A stretch of DNA of 64,000 nucleotides from Clostridiales bacterium (lineage in GTDB: Bacteria; Bacillota; Clostridia; Saccharofermentanales; Saccharofermentanaceae): contig JAFWDK010000006.1 in assembly GCA_017513085.1 (NCBI GenBank), positions 1 through 64,000 of the forward strand. The letters are read 5' to 3'. Of this stretch, positions 27,392-37,876 are shown piece by piece. A program made the position numbers and the translations under genes. The notes under the pieces were generated by a model. That model was not told the origin of the DNA and did not search any database. It saw nothing but the letters and a program-made list of their open reading frames with translations. The stretch's first letter is position 1, and each line of letters starts with the position of its first letter.

Positions 27392-30192
27392 TCTTCCTTC
27401 GGCTCCTCAGGCTTCGCCTCCGCATCTGTCTGAGCTTCTGTCTGAGCTTCAGTTTCGGGCGCTTTCTCCACATCTTCCGGCACATTCTCCGCTTCGGAAT
27501 CTGACGCAGACGCCGCGGCGTCAACTTCGTGGGCCGGTTCTTTTTCAGCATACTTTTCTTTCAGATCGATATACTCCAGGATCTTGCGGCAGATCGTCAA
27601 GAAAACCAGTGCGCCGAGTGCAACATAGGTAATATAACAGCAGAATGTAAAGCGCGCCGGGTGATAGCTCAGAGAAATATTGTGCGTACCTGCAGAGAGG
27701 CGGAGCGCCATAAAGGCATTATCAACATTCTCGATATCTGCTTTCTGGCCATCGACAGTAGCCACCCAGCTTTCGTCGTACGGGATGGTAAGGAAAAGCA
27801 CGCCGTCTTTTTCCGCTGTGATCACACCTTCCATATGTGTGGAATCATAGCTTAAGACTTTCATCTGCTCATCACTCAGTTTCTCCACCATTTCCTTATA
27901 TGCATCTTCAGAAACTCTGGCACACTGGATCCAGAGGTTGCCTGTGAGTTTGCTGTCATTGAATTTCAAAGTAACCAGTTTGTTGGTATTCTTCTCGCAA
28001 TAGCCGAGATCCATAAACTGGTAAGTTCTCGCCGTATACTTCGTTTCCGAAACATCGGTGGAATGCTTGAGCTGATCGTTGATGACCACCTGCGGAGCTT
28101 TGTTGGCCACCACATACAGATACAGATGGTCTCCGGGCTTTGCATCCTTCACCGTCAGCATGATCTCGGCTTTGCTCTCTTCAAATGTGTATTTATATCC
28201 GGTGCGCTCGTTGCCGCCGCCATCTTTAACACCGGTAGCCGAATTAATGTTTACTTCCATCGGTTCAAAAACGTTGCCCTCAATACCCATGCTGTTTACA
28301 AAAGCATTGTTGGACAAAAACGGAACAGATGTCTGATTCATGTGGTATTCCAGTATACCCGGATCAACCATGTAACCTACAGACAGCGCGTCGGGGTTTA
28401 CAAAATGACGAAGTTCCGAGCCGGTTTCCACCTGTTGGAAACAAACCGGGATCGGAGACGTTTTGTAAAGGTCATACATGTTTTTTACACCGAAAAGTGT
28501 GCCGGTTACCTCAGTCAGTCCGAAATTACGCATACTGTTGATACCGTTGTTATGGAAACCGAGATTGTTGATGAATTTCACGAAACTCTCTCTTGCCGTC
28601 GAAGTAAATATCGAGATTCCTTTCATGTTATAGAGCGCCGGCTGATTGCAGATATAAGCCGGATAGATCTCCGAACGCTCGAATCCAAACGGACTTTGCG
28701 CTTCGGATTCCTTGAGCATGGTCTGGATCTCATCGTAGTGCGAACCGTAAAAGTCCCAGCCGGTGAAACCCTCATGTGCTGCAACCAGACTGACGGTTAC
28801 TGCCGTAGCTGTAAATATCTCGGCCACCAGTACAAAGAAAAGGGCGATCTGCTGAAACATCGCGCTTTTTTTGCCGTTGGCGATCATTCTCAGAAGCGCG
28901 GTATATACGATGATGAAAACGATGGAAATGCCCATGGCAATGTAACCTTCCTGACCTTCTCCGATCTTTTCGTAAAGGATCAGGAACGCGATCATGCTCA
29001 AACACGGAACCATGAGTTCTCCTTTGGAAAAACTCTTGAGGTTACGGAGAACTTTGTATCCCATGATAACGACCAGGAAAGAAATCAGAAATGCCTGTCT
29101 GTACGGGATCTGGTTCGGGAAATGGAAGCCGTGCCAGATATAAGTCATCATACGGCTGCTTAAGCTGATATACATGATTGCCAGACCGATACCGTATGCG
29201 ATCTTTTCTCTGAGCCGGATCTTTTTGCAAAGAAAATAGAGAGGCAACAGCATAACGATGAGGATACCGCAGTATACATTGGCCATTCCATCACGGATAT
29301 TCGGATTCGAGCCGACAAAGAAGCGGCTGATGAAATCGAACATGTCATTCGTGACCTGGAATTCCTTCGGGAAGGTGCCACCGGTTGCCGAGGATTTCTG
29401 AAGAGTGAAATAGGTCGACAGCGTCAGGAATGCAGAGATTCCTCCGGCGATACCGGAGTATACGGCAAAACGCCATGCTGCCGCCCAAAAATTCTTGATC
29501 GTGATACGTTCAGTAATGCTAACATAAAGGATCGGCGCATAAAACACAAGGAAAAGGCAGACGAAATAGCCAGCATAGAAATTGCTGATCAGGCAGACAG
29601 CCAATGTCAGGCAATACAGAAGTGGTTTTTTATCTCTCATCATACGGATCAGGCCGTATACGATCAGCGGCAGAAGCATGACTGCATCATGCCACATGAT
29701 ATTCCAGAAATAAGAGGCTACCCAGCCACACAGAGCGTAGGAACTAGAAAATGCGACAAGAAGGAGGTCCTTTCTTTTCTTATCGAACTCCTTCAGAAGG
29801 ATCGACATAAAAAGACCTGTAAGTCCGACACGGATGATGGCGATCAGCGCTATGCAGTCGCCAACATATTTTGGAGGAAATAAAAGTGCCAGAATATTAA
29901 GTGGACTGGCTGAATAGTTTGCAAACACAGCCCAGAAATTCGTACCCATACCCACGTTCCAAGAGAAGAACAGACTCTCTCCGGAAAGGATCTTATTTCT
30001 AAGTTCTACAAGAAACGGTGCATACTGATGGTAACAGTCAACCGTAAGGACCATATTTGTTCCCGCGCCCAGAGGGTGGACCTGCAAGATCAAAAAGACA
30101 ATAAACATGATGAAAGCAGGAATAAAAAACGAGTAAATATAAAACTGTCCTTCACAGTATTTCCGAAACAGTTTGTTTCTTGAACGCATCAT
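27388..30192 (-). CDS. YfhO-family membrane protein (GT-C glycosyltransferase-like)
   Basis: VDCYHQYAPF, FSWNVGMGTNF..YSASP, WHGFHFPNQIPYR, LFLTIPYDESW. Confidence 0.92.
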   Translation of the reverse strand: MMRSRNKLFRKYCEGQFYIYSFFIPAFIMFIVFLILQVHPLGAGTNMVLTVDCYHQYAPFLVELRNKILSGESLFFSWNVGMGTNFWAVFANYSASPLNILALLFPPKYVGDCIALIAIIRVGLTGLFMSILLKEFDKKRKDLLLVAFSSSYALCGWVASYFWNIMWHDAVMLLPLIVYGLIRMMRDKKPLLYCLTLAVCLISNFYAGYFVCLFLVFYAPILYVSITERITIKNFWAAAWRFAVYSGIAGGISAFLTLSTYFTLQKSSATGGTFPKEFQVTNDMFDFISRFFVGSNPNIRDGMANVYCGILIVMLLPLYFLCKKIRLREKIAYGIGLAIMYISLSSRMMTYIWHGFHFPNQIPYRQAFLISFLVVIMGYKVLRNLKSFSKGELMVPCLSMIAFLILYEKIGEGQEGYIAMGISIVFIIVYTALLRMIANGKKSAMFQQIALFFVLVAEIFTATAVTVSLVAAHEGFTGWDFYGSHYDEIQTMLKESEAQSPFGFERSEIYPAYICNQPALYNMKGISIFTSTARESFVKFINNLGFHNNGINSMRNFGLTEVTGTLFGVKNMYDLYKTSPIPVCFQQVETGSELRHFVNPDALSVGYMVDPGILEYHMNQTSVPFLSNNAFVNSMGIEGNVFEPMEVNINSATGVKDGGGNERTGYKYTFEESKAEIMLTVKDAKPGDHLYLYVVANKAPQVVINDQLKHSTDVSETKYTARTYQFMDLGYCEKNTNKLVTLKFNDSKLTGNLWIQCARVSEDAYKEMVEKLSDEQMKVLSYDSTHMEGVITAEKDGVLFLTIPYDESWVATVDGQKADIENVDNAFMALRLSAGTHNISLSYHPARFTFCCYITYVALGALVFLTICRKILEYIDLKEKYAEKEPAHEVDAAASASDSEAENVPEDVEKAPETEAQTEAQTDAEAKPEEPKEE

Positions 30193-30369
30193 CTTTTTCC
30201 CCAGTTCTTTTAATAATGTATTATAATTGCTTGCTTATTGTATCACATCGTCTACGATTACGCACTTTCCTGCTTGGCGAAAATCTTGTAACCTTACAGA
30301 AATGGAATTATCAAATCAATTATGTTACAGTATAAGTTGAATATTTATAGTCATTCTTGCGAGGGAAAA

Positions 30370-31290
30370 TTGAGCAGACTGAAGATCAAAATCATATTTA
30401 ATCCTTCTTCCGGGCGGCAGGCCAATGGCCTTGTTGTGGGAGATATTCTGCACTATCTTTCCGAAGCGGACGCCATTGAGCGCGCAGATGTTTTCTACAC
30501 GGCTACGAAGGATGACGCCAAGAACTGCGCCGCATCTTTGAAACCAGGTGAATTTGACATGGTCATCGCGGTCGGCGGAGATGGTACGATCAATGAGGTC
30601 GTCAGTGGACTAATGGTGGGAGGCTCTAAAACTCCACTCGCGATCCTTTCCGGCGGAACAGTCAACGACTTTGCCACCGCATTAAATCTTCCGACCAATC
30701 CTTCGGCGTTTGCCAGAATGCTCATGGACGGAAGCAGGATGAAAGTGGATGTCGGTCAGGCAGGAGACTACTATTTTCTCAATGTGCTGGCCGGCGGTCT
30801 GATGACCGATGTCGCGTACAAAGTTCCATCCTCTGCCAAGACATCTCTCGGATCTTTGGCCTACGTGATCGAGGGAGCCAAGGAAGCTCCCGGCAATCTT
30901 TTCAAGAGCATCCCGCTCTATTTTGCCACTTCAAGCAACGAATACAGAAAAGACGTCCTGGTCTTCCTGATTTCGAACAGCAGGAGCGTCGCCGGCATCC
31001 GAAAGCTTTTCCCTAAGGCGCAGCTTTCCGATGGTCTTTTGGATGTTTTGATATTGAGTAAACTCGAACCCGGGCAGTTTCTGCCTCTTATCGGAAAATA
31101 TATCGTTGGTGATCATATGTCTGACGATAGCGTACTTTACTTTCAAACCGATCATCTGGACATTGCGTCCATCGGTGATCAGGAGGTACGTCTGGATCTC
31201 GATGGTGAAGAAGGTCCTCTTCTTCCCATCACAGTCAAGTGCCTCCCTCAAGCATTAACACTGATCGTTCCTTCAGAGGATGGGGCATAG
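30370..31290 (+). CDS. Diacylglycerol/lipid kinase (YegS/DgkB family)
   Basis: NPSSG, GGDGTINEV, GGTVNDFA and LDGE motifs; TTG start after GAGGG. Confidence 0.92.
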   Translation: MSRLKIKIIFNPSSGRQANGLVVGDILHYLSEADAIERADVFYTATKDDAKNCAASLKPGEFDMVIAVGGDGTINEVVSGLMVGGSKTPLAILSGGTVNDFATALNLPTNPSAFARMLMDGSRMKVDVGQAGDYYFLNVLAGGLMTDVAYKVPSSAKTSLGSLAYVIEGAKEAPGNLFKSIPLYFATSSNEYRKDVLVFLISNSRSVAGIRKLFPKAQLSDGLLDVLILSKLEPGQFLPLIGKYIVGDHMSDDSVLYFQTDHLDIASIGDQEVRLDLDGEEGPLLPITVKCLPQALTLIVPSEDGA

Positions 31291-31337
31291 AGTCATTTCT
31301 CTCCAGGGTTTACGCGATTTGATGAAAGGTACAGGAA

Positions 31338-33155
31338 ATGAAGAAGAATAAACACAAGCAAAATGAAGAACCGTTAGATGAACAAATACTCGAGTCGACG
31401 GATTCAGAAAAAACAGAGAACGAGGTTTCCGTTGATCCTGATGCGGATTCCCCGGATACTTCCGTTTCGGATTCGGAAGATGATGCGTCCACTGATCCTG
31501 ATGAGGATATATCGGCCGACGAAGATCTGCCTGCTGCATCTTCTGACATTTTGCCGGAAGAAGGCTCTGCCGAAGAATCGGCGGATGAAGAGGAAGATAG
31601 CATTTCTTATGAGGATCTGGATCCGATCCCGATGGAGCTCTCTACTCACGACATCAATACCATCGTGGACGACGATGATCCGGATACACCTTTATTTGTT
31701 GAAACTTCTACCAAGAGATCCGATGCTACAGTGACCACTCGTGGAAAGAAAATGAATTTGAAACCACGCATGTTCCTGATCGTAATGGCCGTGATCTCCT
31801 TGATCATACTGGCCTGGTCCGTCTTTTCCCTGGGCAACATTTCCGAACGTCTGGCAAGTCCTTTGACCGTAGGAAATCAAGATGTTTCAAATGCCGAATT
31901 CAGTTTTATGTATCATTACGTATTGTTGGAAAACGGCGTGGATATCTTCAAAGAAAAAACCGAAGAAATGCTCTCTTCACCGGGTGAAAACGGTTTTGCC
32001 TCTTATCGTGATTATTTTCTGGATGCCACTGCAAAAGAGATCCAGACAGTATATATGCTTTATGACGATGCTGTCGCACACGGCTACTCCATCAGTCAGG
32101 AACACAAAGATCGTGCGAAAGCTTATATTGAATGGCTGAAGGGCAAGGCCGGCGCGATCCATGTAGATCTGGATACATACATCAAGGGTACCTTCGGGCC
32201 TCTCGTAAACAAAGATCTGATCATGGATGTGCTTCCGAAAGTATATTTTACCGAGGACTATTCCGCTCACCAGAAACTGGATGAATTGAAAGCAACACAG
32301 GAACAGGCCGAGCAGGCTTATCAGGATTCCAGGAACTCCTACGATCTTGTCTCTTATCGCGTGCTGAGAATCACTTTCGAGGCCCGAGAGGAGAGCTATG
32401 TTACCACCGCGAATATTCATGCGCAAAAGATCATCGAGGCGATCGACCACGATCAGTCCAAGTTCGAATCTGTTGCCGCGAAGCATTTTTCGGGTGAAGC
32501 ACAGCAGAAGCTTCTGGTACCGGATTCCACACTTCAGAAACGTGTCCGCTATAGCGAAGTCGAAGAGGACCAGTGGCGCGCGTGGCTTTTCGATACATCC
32601 AGACAATCCGGCGACTGTACGATTTTCAAAGATGTATACGGCTTCCCGATCATCTTCTGTTTTGTTGAACGTGTCCGTCAGGAAGAGCCTCTGCGCAATG
32701 TGCGTTTCTTCTATATCAATCTTGCTGACGAAGAATCTGAACAGCCCGGCATACCGGCATCCGACATTCTTCCGCTTTCCCAAACTATTTTCGATAGCGT
32801 AACAGATGAAGCAAGCATGATCACTCTTGATACTACTTACGCAGACGAGCTTTTGGAAGGGTCCATGCGTTCGGTGCAGCAGGCATCGTTGTTTCCGGGG
32901 AACAGCGATCCTGAATTTGATGAATGGATCTTCGACTCACAGCGAAAGCCCGGCGACAAAACAATGATCCAGCACGACAAAGAGATCGTGATCCTCTTCT
33001 ATGTGGAAGCTTCTCCGAATCCGGAATGGTATGACCGTGTCAATAGTTTCATCCGTATGGATAATTACCAGAGATTCATCAGTGAAAAACTGAAAGATTA
33101 TCAATACACTTTCCATCAGGATGGTCTGGACTATATCAAGGATGTACCATCCTGA
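31338..33155 (+). CDS. Membrane-anchored SurA/PrsA-like foldase with a long acidic N-terminus
   Basis: Asp/Glu/Ser-rich first ~120 aa, one TM, then TVGNQDVSNAEF.F.Y and two W.FD..R.GD repeats. Confidence 0.6.
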   Translation: MKKNKHKQNEEPLDEQILESTDSEKTENEVSVDPDADSPDTSVSDSEDDASTDPDEDISADEDLPAASSDILPEEGSAEESADEEEDSISYEDLDPIPMELSTHDINTIVDDDDPDTPLFVETSTKRSDATVTTRGKKMNLKPRMFLIVMAVISLIILAWSVFSLGNISERLASPLTVGNQDVSNAEFSFMYHYVLLENGVDIFKEKTEEMLSSPGENGFASYRDYFLDATAKEIQTVYMLYDDAVAHGYSISQEHKDRAKAYIEWLKGKAGAIHVDLDTYIKGTFGPLVNKDLIMDVLPKVYFTEDYSAHQKLDELKATQEQAEQAYQDSRNSYDLVSYRVLRITFEAREESYVTTANIHAQKIIEAIDHDQSKFESVAAKHFSGEAQQKLLVPDSTLQKRVRYSEVEEDQWRAWLFDTSRQSGDCTIFKDVYGFPIIFCFVERVRQEEPLRNVRFFYINLADEESEQPGIPASDILPLSQTIFDSVTDEASMITLDTTYADELLEGSMRSVQQASLFPGNSDPEFDEWIFDSQRKPGDKTMIQHDKEIVILFYVEASPNPEWYDRVNSFIRMDNYQRFISEKLKDYQYTFHQDGLDYIKDVPS

Positions 33156-33180
33156 CCTCAAACACTTACGGAAATAAAAC

Positions 33181-33218
33181 AAAAGGGATCTGCCTGCATC
33201 AGACAGATCCCTTATTTT
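33181..33218. terminator. Bidirectional terminator
   Basis: AAGGGATCTG/CAGATCCCTT stem flanked by A and T runs, between convergent genes. Confidence 0.85.
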
Positions 33219-33244
33219 CTGCAATTTAGTTCTGACCGATATGA

Positions 33245-33370
33245 TCAGGAAGACTGAAGCGCAACGGCAATAAAAATAATGATGGAAGAAAGCATCATGA
33301 TCGACAGTAAGATAGCAAGAAATCTTACTCCGGTACTATACTTCGATTTTTGCGGGTTATTTCCTCTCAT
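33245..33370 (-). CDS. 41-aa single-TM small protein (DUF4044-like), absent from the ORF track
   Basis: GGAGG RBS; MRGNNPQKSKYSTGVRFLAILLSIMMLSSIIIFIAVALQSS*; followed by a terminator. Confidence 0.75.
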   Translation of the reverse strand: MRGNNPQKSKYSTGVRFLAILLSIMMLSSIIIFIAVALQSS

Positions 33371-33460
33371 AACTATTCCTCCATATGAAACTAGTGTTAG
33401 TGTATCACGATGACGATTTTTGTCAAATCGTCTTCATCACTTATGCTTCCGGAACAAACG

Positions 33461-34489
33461 TCATAAATATGTCAGAAGTTCCTGGCGAACCTCGTCCATA
33501 CGCGGATCGGCAATTCCGAAATCCATCAATTTGTAATTCCATGCAGAACGGCCAATGCCATATTTTCTAAATACCTGATTGATCATGGCATACCACTTCA
33601 CCGTTTCCACCGGATCGACCCGATCGATCACACCATACTCGCCACAGTAGAGCGCAACATTTCTCTTCTCGGCGACCTCGATCGCTTCGGCAAAGATCTT
33701 CTCGAAATAAGCACTGCTGAGTGTTGTGTCCGAAGAGAAGCCGGCAAACCCTGTGGTTACCTGCTGAAGCATCTTCTCCCCTGCCACGTCCATCTCCTTG
33801 TACGGCGCATCGATTGAAATGCGGAAGGATGTATCCATCGTCGGGATCCATGGCGCGCCCTGATGGGTAAAGATCAAAGGCTCATAGCAATGGAAATTGT
33901 AGATGATGTTTTCATCGTACGGCATAGCCAGATCCTTAACGGAATCCACGCTGTTATTCCAATATCCACCAACAAGGATCTTGATCGTTGGCGCGATCTT
34001 GCGGATCCGTCTGATGCAGTTCTCTGCAATCTGATTCCAAAGTTCACAATAGGACTTATCCGTGACTTCATTGAGGAGCTCAAAAGCCAGGCGGTCTTCA
34101 TATTTGCCGAAACGCTCCGCCACCTTCTCCCAGAGAAGATAAAAACGTTCCTGAAGTTTCTCGCTGTCGAAAAAACCTTCTTCGCCGAAAGCCGGGTCGA
34201 AAGAATATCCCATTGTCTTATGAAGATCCAGGATCATATTGAGTCCGTACTTTCCGCACCAGTCGATCACGTCCTGAATATGTCCGTAGCCGCTCTCAAC
34301 AGGGTTTCCTTCCTCATCCTCGATCAACTCATAATCGAACGGAACGCGGACATGATCCATGCCCCATTCCTTGATCGTCTTGATATCTTCTTCTTTTACA
34401 AAATTGCTATAGGTCTCTTCGGTGTCATCGCACTGCGAAAGCCACCCGCCTAAATTGATACCTTTCTGGTATCCGTTCCAAGTTTTCAT
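33461..34489 (-). CDS. GH5 endoglucanase/cellodextrinase (CelC-like), no signal peptide
   Basis: GINLGGWLSQ, DHVRVP, FELLNE and LYCGEYG catalytic motifs. Confidence 0.93.
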   Translation of the reverse strand: MKTWNGYQKGINLGGWLSQCDDTEETYSNFVKEEDIKTIKEWGMDHVRVPFDYELIEDEEGNPVESGYGHIQDVIDWCGKYGLNMILDLHKTMGYSFDPAFGEEGFFDSEKLQERFYLLWEKVAERFGKYEDRLAFELLNEVTDKSYCELWNQIAENCIRRIRKIAPTIKILVGGYWNNSVDSVKDLAMPYDENIIYNFHCYEPLIFTHQGAPWIPTMDTSFRISIDAPYKEMDVAGEKMLQQVTTGFAGFSSDTTLSSAYFEKIFAEAIEVAEKRNVALYCGEYGVIDRVDPVETVKWYAMINQVFRKYGIGRSAWNYKLMDFGIADPRMDEVRQELLTYL

Positions 34490-34572
34490 GAACCGTTTCT
34501 CCTCATATGCACATGATAAGCCTATTATAGCAGACCGGAACACCGAAGAAAAAGCACTTTTTCATTTGTGGG

Positions 34573-34619
34573 AAAAGCATTTGCGCGTGCCTTTAGGGAT
34601 CGGACACGCGCAATGCTTT
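34573..34619 (-). terminator. Hairpin/terminator after the ABC permease
   Basis: AAAGCATTTGCGCGTG...CACGCGCAATGCTTT. Confidence 0.7.
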
Positions 34620-34653
34620 AGAGGGTATTATGAGGAAATCCTGTGTCAGGACA

Positions 34654-37008
34654 TCATTCTGAAATCAGTTCATACGCGGAGACCCGCTTGATCCCGCGGG
34701 ACATCACATAGGTCATGGCGAAAACGATCGCACCGATCACGGCAATGGTCAGAAGGATCAGCATCGGGAACACCAAGAAGTCCACTTTTTCCACACCGAA
34801 CCCGGACAGGATCACTGTCAGAAGCGGGTTGACCAGGAAAAATCCGACGATCGCGCCGATCACCGATGCAAGGATCGTGACAGGCATAAGCGACATTGCA
34901 AGTTGCAGTTTCAACTGTTTGCTGGTAAACCCGACGGCTTTTTTGATACCGAATTCTTTTTCCTTCTTGATGAAGATCGTCTTCAGAAGGATCTTAATGA
35001 CCAGAAGGATGATCGCCAGGTTCAGCGCCACCATGATCATGACGATCAACGCAACCGCTGAAATCTCGTTGCCTTCACCACTGTGTACGACATCGTACCA
35101 GTTTCCCGTCGCAATACACTTGTCACCGAGCAGTGCCTGGATGTCAGAAAGAGCACGATCGACATTTGCCACACTCGGATCTGCCATACGGAAACGGATG
35201 ATCTCGTAGTTCGTATCGATACCGAGACGTTTCGCGCCTTCTTCGCTCACAAAGATACGTTCACCAAGATTCATGACTGCCTGCTGGTAGCCTGTGATAA
35301 TGTACCGGACAGAATTGTTTCCGCTTCTTACCTCGATCTCATCTCCGATGGAAACACCAAGCCGCTCTGCGATGATCTTTCCTATCACGCATTCGTTGGC
35401 TTCTCGAAAAGAACTTCCTTCGTAAACTCCGCACTGCAGGTATTCCGGTCTATCGGTATAGAAAGCGAATGTCTCATTGCCTTCGATGCTGATATTGGCA
35501 AAGTTATATCCGTACGCTTCGGAGATCCCTTCTACATGACTGATTTCTTCGATGATCCGATGTGTCTCTTCCGTATCAGTATTTACGTTGATATAGCCAT
35601 CCGGGTTATCACCCTGGATCAGGTTCATGAATTCAGTCGGATCGATCTTACTGTTATAAAAAAGGATCCCGGAGAACATGATCATAAATGCCACGACACT
35701 CATTACTCCCAGCAGAATGATATTCTGTCCCTGGCTCTGCAGCATACTTTTCAGTGCAAGAAGCTGATTCAATCCTCCATTCGTGTTTTTGAGAGGAAGA
35801 TAGTTCTTTTTGAAACTGTTGGATTTCAAACCGAAACGCAATGCCGTAGCCGGATGCAGATGCTTGAGTTTGATCGTGGACAAGAATACGACAACGATCA
35901 TGGCAAGCGCGATTCCTCCTAATACGATAGCCGTGGTACTTGGGCAGAAACGGAGTATCCAGGATACACCCGTGATCTTCTGAAACACGACGTTATCCAG
36001 GATCGGCATCGTAAAATAGGATATCACGCATCCGATCACACCACCGGTCAAACCAACGATAATATATTCGAGAGTCATCGCCGCACGGAGCTGTCCGATC
36101 GTGTGGCCCACAGCCCGAAGCGCACCGATATTCTTCACATCTCTGTCGATGTTGTTATTGATCGTAAACACGATCATGATCAGGCAGACAGCAAGAACGA
36201 CAACGGAAAATGCCGTTACCAGACCGGAGATAATGTCCGCCACCGCTACATAGCCTTCTTTAGCCAGATTTCGTTCATACGCGTAATATTCGATTCCTGA
36301 ACTGCTGAACTGATCTCTTACTGCTTGAAGCAACATACCGCTACTGACACCTTCAGCCTGATAGACTTTCACCATCTTCCTGTTAGAAACGAAATTCATT
36401 TCCAAGAATGCCTGCTCGCCAAAAGAGGACATCTCCGAAAACGAATCCGGATCCACCATTATCTCCATCCAGCCGTAGCTGTTTCCACCTATAAGCGCCT
36501 CAAAAATGCCTGCAACCGTAAAATCATTCTCTCCCACCGTAGGCGAATGCATATGAACCTTGTCACCTACCCGAATGTTATTCACAGCCGCATAATACGA
36601 GTTTAAGTACAGCTTTGGTCCATCATACGATTCATCCCTGTCAAAAAAGGCATATTCTTCCGCTAAACCATATTCTCCGATCCTGGTGATCGTTCCACCG
36701 TCGAGATCCAGTTCCTCTGCTCCATTCACAGAAAGTTTCATGGTACCCGGACTTATCATATCCTGAACGGAAAAGCCGGAGATCTCTTTCACTCCGGTCA
36801 ACGCCCGGGTTATCTCTTCATCTGTTCCTACGACATACGCAAGAACATCCGCCTCATTTGTTTTTTCCACCTTCTCATCGTAAATCGAACTATACTGACC
36901 GATAAAGAATCCGGTATGCAGAAGCAACGAAGACAGGATCAAAATAGCCAGAAACGCTACCAGTACGTTTCGGTCTTTTCTCATATTGGCTCGAATCAGT
37001 TTTACCAT
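34654..37008 (-). CDS. FtsX/MacB-like ABC exporter permease (duplicated architecture)
   Basis: IGALRAVGHT and FGIKKAVGFT motifs. Confidence 0.92.
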   Translation of the reverse strand: MVKLIRANMRKDRNVLVAFLAILILSSLLLHTGFFIGQYSSIYDEKVEKTNEADVLAYVVGTDEEITRALTGVKEISGFSVQDMISPGTMKLSVNGAEELDLDGGTITRIGEYGLAEEYAFFDRDESYDGPKLYLNSYYAAVNNIRVGDKVHMHSPTVGENDFTVAGIFEALIGGNSYGWMEIMVDPDSFSEMSSFGEQAFLEMNFVSNRKMVKVYQAEGVSSGMLLQAVRDQFSSSGIEYYAYERNLAKEGYVAVADIISGLVTAFSVVVLAVCLIMIVFTINNNIDRDVKNIGALRAVGHTIGQLRAAMTLEYIIVGLTGGVIGCVISYFTMPILDNVVFQKITGVSWILRFCPSTTAIVLGGIALAMIVVVFLSTIKLKHLHPATALRFGLKSNSFKKNYLPLKNTNGGLNQLLALKSMLQSQGQNIILLGVMSVVAFMIMFSGILFYNSKIDPTEFMNLIQGDNPDGYINVNTDTEETHRIIEEISHVEGISEAYGYNFANISIEGNETFAFYTDRPEYLQCGVYEGSSFREANECVIGKIIAERLGVSIGDEIEVRSGNNSVRYIITGYQQAVMNLGERIFVSEEGAKRLGIDTNYEIIRFRMADPSVANVDRALSDIQALLGDKCIATGNWYDVVHSGEGNEISAVALIVMIMVALNLAIILLVIKILLKTIFIKKEKEFGIKKAVGFTSKQLKLQLAMSLMPVTILASVIGAIVGFFLVNPLLTVILSGFGVEKVDFLVFPMLILLTIAVIGAIVFAMTYVMSRGIKRVSAYELISE

Positions 37009-37763
37009 CCCATCTCCTCCAGAAATCCACGGATCATCTCATGTCTCTTCTTATCGCCGCTTACGTATTTTCCCGGGTTACACTCGCCCTTGATACCGCC
37101 ATCCTCGAGATACAGGATACGGTTTGCGCGTCTTGCGGACTTAATATCATGGGTAACCATGACGACCGACTGGCCTTCGTTATTGATGTCCGTCAGAACA
37201 TTGAGCACCGCCTCGACACCTGCCGAGTTCAGGGCACCTGTCGGCTCATCGGCAAATACGACATCCGGATCGTTGATCACCGCACGTACCATCGCGGCAC
37301 GCTGGGCTTCACCACCGCTGAGCTGTGCCGGGAATTTGTCGGTCATTTCCTCACTGATCCCGACACGTTCGAAAAGCGCTGTCGCTTTTTTCTTCAGATC
37401 TTTCTGTTTCTGTCCAACCAGCATACCCGTGGAGATCGCGTTGTCCATGATGCTCATACTGTCCACAAGATGCACCTGTTGAAAGACGAAACCGCAGTGT
37501 TTCCTGCGGAAGACCGCAAGCTGATCGTCGTTCATTTCCGTGATCTCAGATCCCGCGTAATCGATATGTCCGAGGGATGGCTTATCCATACCGGACAGTG
37601 CATATAAAAGCGTGGATTTCCCTGCACCGGACGAGCCCATGATGACGGTAAAATCTCCATCATAGATCTCGAGATCCAGATTCTTGATGATATGGTACTG
37701 CTTCCCGGAAACCGAGAAACTCTTACTAAGTTTATCTGTCTTGATGATGACTTTTTTCTCCAC
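37002..37763 (-). CDS. ABC transporter ATP-binding protein (LolD/MacB type)
   Basis: GSSGAGKST, LSGGE, FADEPTGAL and VTHD. Confidence 0.95.
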   Translation of the reverse strand: MEKKVIIKTDKLSKSFSVSGKQYHIIKNLDLEIYDGDFTVIMGSSGAGKSTLLYALSGMDKPSLGHIDYAGSEITEMNDDQLAVFRRKHCGFVFQQVHLVDSMSIMDNAISTGMLVGQKQKDLKKKATALFERVGISEEMTDKFPAQLSGGEAQRAAMVRAVINDPDVVFADEPTGALNSAGVEAVLNVLTDINNEGQSVVMVTHDIKSARRANRILYLEDGGIKGECNPGKYVSGDKKRHEMIRGFLEEMGW

Positions 37764-37826
37764 TTGATGTCTCCTTCCGTCTTCTCCAACACGAAAATGA
37801 CCGCACAGTTTTCTCTGTACGGTCTT

Positions 37827-37869
37827 AGTATAGTTCAGGTGATTCTTTAAATCTTTGTCAGATCTTTAA
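37827..37869 (-). promoter_or_regulatory. Promoter with direct repeats in place of -35 (candidate OmpR-type boxes)
   Basis: Minus strand TTAAAGA / ACAAAGA / TTAAAGA, then TATACT. Confidence 0.55.
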
Positions 37870-37876
37870 TCGTGTC

